Below the pieces are notes generated by a model. That model saw nothing but the letters and a program-made list of their open reading frames with translations, was not told where the DNA came from and searched no databases. The translations under genes and the position numbers were made by a program. A DNA stretch of 32,000 nucleotides, taken from NCBI RefSeq assembly GCF_002156965.1, contig NZ_CP021324.1, forward strand, positions 570,681 through 602,680. The letters are read 5' to 3'. Below, piece by piece: positions 7,628 through 13,858 of this stretch (position 1 is its first letter; every line of letters starts with the position of its first letter). This DNA is from Candidatus Nitrosomarinus catalinensis (GTDB taxonomy: Archaea > Thermoproteota > Nitrososphaeria > Nitrososphaerales > Nitrosopumilaceae).

Positions 7628-7900
7628 ATGAAAATTCTAATTGATGAAATGGATGATGGCTGGGATGAGAAACTTAAGGAATTGGGATTTGATGCTTATA
7701 GTGTTAAAAAATTACGCATGGATGGCCATAAATTAAGAACAGACTATTCGGTGATAAATTACGCTAAAGAAAATAATATGATTTTGGTTACTCGTGATAC
7801 TGAAAGTGGTCAGGCATGTGAGGAAAATGATTTGCCTTACGTGCTCTTAGATAATGCCTCAATTTTTAACATTGTTTTGAATAAATTAAAAAATTATTAA
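7628..7900 (+). CDS. PIN-like / Mut7-C-like small protein (DUF5615-like)
   Basis: MKILIDEMDDGW...ELGFDAYSV...INYAKENNMILVTRDTE follows the pattern I recall for DUF5615/Mut7-C PIN-like proteins (M.fLiDEnl...L...Gh.a......d.ei...A...g.ilvT.D.dF). Confidence 0.65.
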   Translation: MKILIDEMDDGWDEKLKELGFDAYSVKKLRMDGHKLRTDYSVINYAKENNMILVTRDTESGQACEENDLPYVLLDNASIFNIVLNKLKNY

Positions 7901-8475
7901 TTTATGTGATTTTGATTTTTTCTTCCAATTTGTAAATTATTAATTATTTCATTCAAAAAATCCTCTTCAGGTTGATGTATTATGCTATTCATTATCCTTT
8001 CCCAACAATCACTGATTCTTCTTTTAATTTGTGAAAACATCTGATCTTTTTTGAATGTGGGATAATATGATAGTAATTTCATAATGCTGTCTGCTGATTG
8101 TATTGCATGTATTAGATCAATTGTATTTCTTAAACGTTCAAGTTTCAAAAAATTTTTCTCCTTACTAATTTCTTCAAATTTTTCTATTTCTTCAAAAATT
8201 AAGTTTACTTCACTATACAAATTCTTTAATTGATTATTAACAGATTCATACAAATTAATTAATTCATATTCTATATGTGACCTACTATGTATGGTCCGTG
8301 CAATTTCCCCTGATTCTACTAATTGACCTATTTCTCTATAGACTGTTTTTTCATTACCTACTTTTTTGATAACTCTTTTTGCTAGTTCATTACTTCGAAT
8401 TTTTCCACTTTCGTTTAAAATTCTGATAACTTCTGTTCTGATAATTTCTGAATTTTTATCCATGATTTCTCTCAT
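7897..8475 (-). CDS. Putative winged-helix regulator with a helical C-terminal domain (192 aa)
   Basis: The string VIRILNESGKIRSNELAKRV...VYREIGQLVESGEIART is a typical wHTH. It has the same architecture as 2235-2810 and 18514-19077. Confidence 0.65.
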   Translation of the reverse strand: MREIMDKNSEIIRTEVIRILNESGKIRSNELAKRVIKKVGNEKTVYREIGQLVESGEIARTIHSRSHIEYELINLYESVNNQLKNLYSEVNLIFEEIEKFEEISKEKNFLKLERLRNTIDLIHAIQSADSIMKLLSYYPTFKKDQMFSQIKRRISDCWERIMNSIIHQPEEDFLNEIINNLQIGRKNQNHIN

Positions 8476-8710
8476 CTGATGTTTGATATTTGCTTAACAC
8501 TTTTGGTTCTCCATTTTCGGAAATTTCTTTAATTATTGACTCCAAAATATTGATGCCTTGTTCAATTGGCTCTTTTTCGTTTATTTTATTTTTCAATTTT
8601 TGCTTTAGTGTCATTTTTTCATTATTGATAAATCGTAACAAACTTACCTCATTTCCCATGTTCAAATTGATAAAAAATTCGACATATTCTTGAGCAGAAC
8701 TAATTACCAT
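8456..8710 (-). CDS. Hypothetical protein (84 aa)
   Basis: ORF upstream of the wHTH gene, overlapping it by 20 nt. The antisense ORF 8490-8693 is judged a shadow. Confidence 0.5.
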   Translation of the reverse strand: MVISSAQEYVEFFINLNMGNEVSLLRFINNEKMTLKQKLKNKINEKEPIEQGINILESIIKEISENGEPKVLSKYQTSDERNHG

Positions 8711-8788
8711 TCCTTATTTTGCTCATTCCTTGTATTTGTTACAATCTTTCCAAATTAGGTTTATTTACTATTTTTAGAAATTTTAACT

Positions 8789-9049
8789 ATGGATTCATGT
8801 GACCGTCGTATTCGTGCCTACAAAAACGGAAAAACAATGGAAGAGTGCAAATCTATTGCCGAATCACTAATTCCTCAATTTAAAGAAAATATCAAAAATA
8901 ATCAGAAAATTCTATGGAGTGAGATTATGGATGTAGTTGATCATGATGAATTAATTTACAAATTATCTTTGAAATACCTTCGACGAGATGGATATGATAT
9001 CGGGAATTATAAAATTCCTGAAGTCAAGGCATTCATCTCTCAAAATTAA
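8789..9049 (+). CDS. Hypothetical protein (86 aa)
   Basis: ORF only. Its 3' end overlaps the convergent membrane-protein gene by 17 nt. Confidence 0.5.
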   Translation: MDSCDRRIRAYKNGKTMEECKSIAESLIPQFKENIKNNQKILWSEIMDVVDHDELIYKLSLKYLRRDGYDIGNYKIPEVKAFISQN

Positions 9050-9857
9050 TTTTACAACTTCCATCAGAATTTCTTAATTTTTTTGCCATTAGATACGGTG
9101 TTACAATTAAAATGGGAATTGAGACCCCAATCAAAAATGTCTGCATTTGTGAAAGCGCTACAGACAACGCAATTCCACTTGCAGTTCCTATGAAAATTGA
9201 TAAAAATGTTCCAGCACATGTTGGACATGCGATAAATAATCCTGTTGCTGCACCAATAGTACTAATCCCTCCCCCTTTCTTTGATATTGAATATGCTGTC
9301 ACTGCGATTGAAACGTTAAGGCCAACTAAATATGAAACAATGATTTGCAGTACCAGATTAATTGGAATAATTTGTAAGCCGATATGTTCTGTTATGTACA
9401 CTATTATTTTTGGCATATATCCTGGCTCATCACAACATGGTGCAATAAATCCTGATGGGACTACTGCCCCATAATGTGTCACAAAATTAATTTCTGGTTG
9501 ATACACTAATGTCCCTGAAATTAACGCAAAAAATATTCCGTATCCAACAAATGTTGATAAAAAGATCTTTCTTGATTTTGAGCTCCAAGTTACCAATGCG
9601 ATAATTGTTGAAAGATCTTTCCCTTTTGTCTCAACTTTTCCTTTATGATATCTAGCAATTCCAATAGCAATTGCACCAAATGCTGCTACCAGTGTAATGT
9701 AAAATCCGAATGCAATTCTTTGTATTGAATCAATTGCACTAGGTGTCATGAGTTCTGGATCCTGGTATCTTCCATACAACACAAACAAGACTCCGATTAT
9801 GACAAATCCTAAAATTATCATTTTTTTACCTTTTTTAATCAGGCTTGACTGTTCCAT
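9033..9857 (-). CDS. Polytopic membrane protein with vicinal CC and an intramembrane CPTC motif
   Basis: It has about 7 hydrophobic segments, with APCCDEPGY (C141, C142) and LFIACPTCAGTFL (C211, C214). The family is not recognised. Confidence 0.75.
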   Translation of the reverse strand: MEQSSLIKKGKKMIILGFVIIGVLFVLYGRYQDPELMTPSAIDSIQRIAFGFYITLVAAFGAIAIGIARYHKGKVETKGKDLSTIIALVTWSSKSRKIFLSTFVGYGIFFALISGTLVYQPEINFVTHYGAVVPSGFIAPCCDEPGYMPKIIVYITEHIGLQIIPINLVLQIIVSYLVGLNVSIAVTAYSISKKGGGISTIGAATGLFIACPTCAGTFLSIFIGTASGIALSVALSQMQTFLIGVSIPILIVTPYLMAKKLRNSDGSCKINFER

Positions 9858-9892
9858 GATGTTTTGATTCTCCTGTGAAATTAAATTCTATC

Positions 9893-11707
9893 TTAACTGA
9901 GTCTGGGGACGAAAATATAGATAATTGCTATAATTTCTAATCTTCCAAAAATCATTAAAAATCCTAATACTATCATTGTAGCTGGATCCGTATCTTTATC
10001 GATTACTCCTGCAGACAATCCACCTGTGGTGATAATTCCAGCTGCTTCAAAAAATGCGTCTTGAAATGGAACATTTTCAATTGCTGAAAGATGTGCTCCT
10101 GTAATGGCTGAAATTGTTGGAAACAATGCTAGAATAATTAATGTGGAAATTATTTCTTTTTTACTTTGATCACTTAGTTTGGATCTTCCAACTTTAGAAA
10201 TAAATGATTTGATATCTTTAAGATGAAATAGTCTGAAAATCTTTAAGCCTCCAGCAGTTGAAAATCCACATCCTCCAATAAACATCAAAATTATTAGAAT
10301 TGAATGAGCTCCTCCACTTAGACCTGCTAAACTTTCCATTTGAAGTCCAGCAGTTGAACTAGCTGATACTGAATAAAATGCACTTTGCATTGGATCTAAT
10401 CCGCTAACTGATGCAAATACTAGTGTAGCACCACCTAAAATTGCAAAATATGCCAGCACTTCTTTTCCTAATTTAGGTGACAAGAATTTTTTTCTAACAA
10501 ATGCATAGTGGAATGTAAATGGTAAAGCTCCTAGTATCATTGCCCCCATCAGTACAATATGTTCTTGCCACAATAGTCCATCCAGAATTGTCGATGTGGG
10601 TGTAAATCCTCCGGTAGACAACGTACTCATCGCCAGAGAAAAATTATCAATGATGTTTCTTTCTCCAAATAAATACAACAAGAATGCAACAATTACGATA
10701 TAAATTGCAAAAATGACTGTAATCGTAAGGAAAAGTTCTTTCATGTGAAGCGTCTTGCCAGAAATAAAACCACGCATAGCTTGTAATTTTGATTCTGGAT
10801 AAAATGCAGTAATTACTAAGTAAATGAAACTCATTCCTCCAACTAATTGTGTATAACTTCTAAAAAATGTGAAACTTTGAGTTAACTTTTCAGGTTCATC
10901 AAATAGTGAAATACCTCCAGTTGTAAATCCTGCTGCACTGGAAAAGAACGCATCTGCAAATACCTGAGTACTTGTTTCTTCAGTTTGAAATACGTACAGA
11001 TACGGTATTGTTCCAAATAATGACAGTAAGAATAAACTTGAAAACACCAGTATTGACGCCTGTTGTAAATTGAGACTTGATTTTTCACCATATGAATTCA
11101 AGAAAAATCCTGTAACAAGCAATAACACTGTAGTTAAGTAAATTCCTGAAGCTGTAACCGTATCTTCAAGTAATGTGGCAACAACTGCTGGAACAAGCAG
11201 CAATACTCCTGCAAATTGTAATACGAATCCCAAGTTTCCTAAAACTGCTTTTACTGGTGGACTCAAAAGTCGAGGTGTAGTTGCTGTTGCATTTCGGATA
11301 ATATTTGCTATGGTAGATTGAAGAATCATTCCAAGAACTTGATTCTTTTTTGAAACAACTGGAAGTTTTCTAACATTGTTGTCTCTCATTATGTGCAATG
11401 CATCTTGTAATGTTGATTTTTCATTAATTGTGATAAGTGGTTTGCTCATTATTTGCTCTAGTGTGGTGGATTCTGCATACACTGTTGCATCACTAACTTT
11501 ACTTAGAATGTCTTCATCTGTAACAATTCCTACTGGAAATTTTTCAGCATTTATTACAACAATGTCATCTGTTTCATAACTACGTAACATGGTAGCTGCT
11601 TCTCTTGTTAGTGTTTTTAGATCCAACATCAAAACATCTTTGTCCATGTATTCTGTCACATTTTTACTTAGGACGTAAGCAACTGCTTTTTCTGGGTTTG
11701 TAGACAT
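9893..11707 (-). CDS. trkH: TrkH/KtrB-family cation (K+) transporter with a fused N-terminal CBS-domain pair
   Basis: The N-terminal ~140 aa show two CBS repeats (PVGIVTDEDILSKV; VLGMILQSTIANIIR). The remainder carries the repeated TrkH selectivity-loop-like strings GFTTGGISL, LSTGGFTP, SSTAGLQ, FSTAGGLK and ITTGGLS. Confidence 0.9.
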   Translation of the reverse strand: MSTNPEKAVAYVLSKNVTEYMDKDVLMLDLKTLTREAATMLRSYETDDIVVINAEKFPVGIVTDEDILSKVSDATVYAESTTLEQIMSKPLITINEKSTLQDALHIMRDNNVRKLPVVSKKNQVLGMILQSTIANIIRNATATTPRLLSPPVKAVLGNLGFVLQFAGVLLLVPAVVATLLEDTVTASGIYLTTVLLLVTGFFLNSYGEKSSLNLQQASILVFSSLFLLSLFGTIPYLYVFQTEETSTQVFADAFFSSAAGFTTGGISLFDEPEKLTQSFTFFRSYTQLVGGMSFIYLVITAFYPESKLQAMRGFISGKTLHMKELFLTITVIFAIYIVIVAFLLYLFGERNIIDNFSLAMSTLSTGGFTPTSTILDGLLWQEHIVLMGAMILGALPFTFHYAFVRKKFLSPKLGKEVLAYFAILGGATLVFASVSGLDPMQSAFYSVSASSTAGLQMESLAGLSGGAHSILIILMFIGGCGFSTAGGLKIFRLFHLKDIKSFISKVGRSKLSDQSKKEIISTLIILALFPTISAITGAHLSAIENVPFQDAFFEAAGIITTGGLSAGVIDKDTDPATMIVLGFLMIFGRLEIIAIIYIFVPRLS

Positions 11708-11802
11708 TAAGCTTCCTTATATCGGGATTTTAAATAATTTGGGGTCGCGTCTAATTAACTAATAATTTGTGATCTATTTTTTGATCCATATTTTTTGCTA
11801 TC

Positions 11803-11812
11803 TTTATAAATA
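11803..11812 (+). promoter_or_regulatory. Putative TATA box for 11840-12265
   Basis: TTTATAAATA lies about 30 nt upstream of the ATG. Confidence 0.35.
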
Positions 11813-11839
11813 ATATCTGCCAACTTTAAGGGTAATACC

Positions 11840-12265
11840 ATGGAAATTGATCAAGCTCCTGATCCTGATTATGATTCTGTAAAAATTAATTATGTGGGCT
11901 TTGTGGATCCTTATGCTTTAGAGGGAATGGTTGTTCTAAAAGCAGACAATGGTAAAGAATTTCACATGCGTGCATTTTCTGGTGAAGTTGCAAAACATAT
12001 CTCAAGTTTTGATGAACCTGAAGGTGAACAATCTCCATCAATATATCGAATGATTGAGGAAATTTGTGAACAAAATGAAATTTCTCTTGTAAAAGTCAAA
12101 ATTTATGAAAGTGGTGATGTTTTACGAGCAAATCTATACTTTACTGGTAAGAAGGATTTAGTTTTGAAAAACCATAGGGCTTCTGATGCAATGGCTTTGG
12201 GTGCATATTATAAAATTCCAATCCTGGTAAGAAAAAAATTATTGAAAGAACAAATGGAAGCATAA
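11840..12265 (+). CDS. Bifunctional-nuclease-domain (DUF151/BFN-like) protein
   Basis: The string NHRASDAMALGAYYKIPILV matches the remembered DUF151 signature (.aRPSDAiALAlr...PI.V). Size and layout fit. Confidence 0.75.
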   Translation: MEIDQAPDPDYDSVKINYVGFVDPYALEGMVVLKADNGKEFHMRAFSGEVAKHISSFDEPEGEQSPSIYRMIEEICEQNEISLVKVKIYESGDVLRANLYFTGKKDLVLKNHRASDAMALGAYYKIPILVRKKLLKEQMEA

Positions 12266-12267
12266 TT

Positions 12268-12286
12268 CCATTCGAATGGTTTTTTT
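12268..12286 (+). terminator. Palindrome plus T7 tract immediately after the stop codon
   Basis: The perfect 12-nt palindrome CCATTCGAATGG (12268-12279) is followed by TTTTTTT (12280-12286). Oligo-T is the archaeal termination signal. Confidence 0.45.
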
Positions 12287-12308
12287 CTTAGTGTTTTGCT
12301 GATAGATT

Positions 12309-12521
12309 ATGAATCAACAAGAAGAATTGATGGATAGTATATTGAATACTGATCTTGAAATAATTGAAACAGTTCGTTCATTACAGAAAGAAAACTGGAA
12401 TGATGAAAGCTTGAAAAACCAGGTAACGGATTTGCTAAAAATCCATGATGAAACAATTACCAAACTAAGATCTCTTCAAAGTGATGATCATGGTTGTGAT
12501 TGTGGTCATGACCACTCTTAA
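12309..12521 (+). CDS. Hypothetical protein (70 aa) with a Cys/His/Asp-rich C-terminal tail
   Basis: ORF. The C-terminus DDHGCDCGHDHS looks like a metal-binding tail. Confidence 0.55.
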   Translation: MNQQEELMDSILNTDLEIIETVRSLQKENWNDESLKNQVTDLLKIHDETITKLRSLQSDDHGCDCGHDHS

Positions 12522-12684
12522 TTATTTTTAAAAACGCTTCATAATTCGGCAATGCTCATCATTTTATCAGTATAGCTTAGAGAGTTTGATTAATCATCAG
12601 CATCCATGATAGACTAATGTGATGTATATTGCTATTGAATGAATAAACAGAAGCTTTTTGAAATGAAATAATTCCTATTATGAT

Positions 12685-12933
12685 ATGACAAATTTTGAAA
12701 AAATTTATGCTAAAGTGGCATTAAAAATAATCAAGCGTTGTCATGGTGCTATTAAAATTACAAAACATGGTAAAATTGTTGAAGTTTATGATGTAAAACG
12801 TCATATCTGGAGTGACGGACTTGCAGGTTTGATAATTAAAGAAGAATGTCGTCTGGCAAATTTGAAGGAATGGGAGTTTGCAAATGTCCGAGGTTATGTG
12901 ATCAAGGAATTACTGTCAAAATCTGACAATTGA
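12685..12933 (+). CDS. Hypothetical protein (82 aa)
   Basis: ORF only. Confidence 0.5.
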   Translation: MTNFEKIYAKVALKIIKRCHGAIKITKHGKIVEVYDVKRHIWSDGLAGLIIKEECRLANLKEWEFANVRGYVIKELLSKSDN

Positions 12934-12938
12934 TTTCA

Positions 12939-13235
12939 TCACCCATTTTTTACTTTAAACAATTCCCATTCTTGATTGATTTTTGTTGAATGTTCTTTAA
13001 CAAATCTTTTTCCTTCGTCTTTCAAAATTATTGAAGGGTTTGTATTTCTTGTAAACCAATTATCACTTTTATCTATTGTAATCAAATTGACATCTTCTAA
13101 TTTATTTACATGATCTCTGAATTTTGCAGCGTTTGTTTTTTTGCAGTTTTTGAAAATGCTGGTATATTTTGTTACACCTTGTGTAATTGATGCCAAAATT
13201 AAGTAGTCAACTGAATCAAACGAATTTGAATCCAT
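12939..13235 (-). CDS. Small putative winged-helix protein (98 aa)
   Basis: The string YLILASITQGVTKYTSIF...FRDHVNKLEDVNLITID has a wHTH-like pattern. It is the second gene of a two-gene minus-strand operon. Confidence 0.6.
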   Translation of the reverse strand: MDSNSFDSVDYLILASITQGVTKYTSIFKNCKKTNAAKFRDHVNKLEDVNLITIDKSDNWFTRNTNPSIILKDEGKRFVKEHSTKINQEWELFKVKNG

Positions 13236-13247
13236 CCAAATTTAATT

Positions 13248-13523
13248 TCACATAAGATGATTAAAAGTTGATACTTGTCGGATTAGGTGTGGTTCTTTTA
13301 GCAAAATTGTATCGTCTTTAGTTGATGATAATTCTGGTTTGATTATTTTGTCTGTTGTAATCACAATCAATGCTTCACATCTTGTACATAGTATTGTTCT
13401 TCCTGATGATCTGTCCTCTCTGATCAGACCTGACTCTAATCTATCGGGTTTTTCACATGTTGGACATAATCTTGGTTCTTTTTCTATGCTGATAATCTCT
13501 TTAATGAATATCATTTTCGACAT
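13248..13523 (-). CDS. Small zinc-ribbon protein (91 aa)
   Basis: CPTC...(20 aa)...CTRC forms a four-Cys ribbon. It is the first gene of the operon divergent from the giant gene. Confidence 0.6.
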   Translation of the reverse strand: MSKMIFIKEIISIEKEPRLCPTCEKPDRLESGLIREDRSSGRTILCTRCEALIVITTDKIIKPELSSTKDDTILLKEPHLIRQVSTFNHLM

Positions 13524-13583
13524 ATCTTTTCCTCATTTTGTGTACAGAATAATGTTTGTAATGTTAATTGGTATCAGCAATCC

Positions 13584-13618
13584 ATTTCAGATGTCAAACC
13601 GTTTTAATCATCTGAAAT
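13584..13618. promoter_or_regulatory. Perfect 10-bp inverted repeat in the divergent control region (candidate operator)
   Basis: ATTTCAGATG (13584-13593) and CATCTGAAAT (13609-13618) are separated by a 15-nt spacer. They lie between the divergent starts at 13523 and 13859. Confidence 0.35.
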
Positions 13619-13858
13619 TAGAATGAAAGGTATTCAACATATTCCCCTATCTAACCAATTAACTAGGAGTATCTTTTCCGTTCTAACATAAGATGTTATC
13701 CCTATCATTGACTTTTTGTGCCTAGAATCACTAATAATAATTTCTTATTTTCATAATTCACTGTTAGATTGGAAATGGAGTTCCATGTTATGAGGATTAG
13801 AATGGTTGTTAATTCCTGCTCTAAATCCTTATGTAAATTAAATTCATGAGATTCTGTT

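Noticed and set aside
9112-11579. ORFs 9112-9474 (+), 10882-11091 (-, alternative frame) and 11376-11579 (+) within the membrane-protein and TrkH genes
   Set aside because: They are fully nested in longer ORFs that have clear membrane-protein or TrkH/CBS signatures. They have no independent start context and are typical frame shadows of AT-rich DNA.
12541-12600. Possible C/D-box sRNA on the minus strand (CTGATGA ... CTGA-5nt-ATGATGA)
   Set aside because: C, D' and C' box-like strings are present. However, the C-to-D' spacer is 23 nt rather than ~12 nt. There is no CTGA D box 12 nt after the C' box (TATG/ATGA instead) and no convincing terminal stem.
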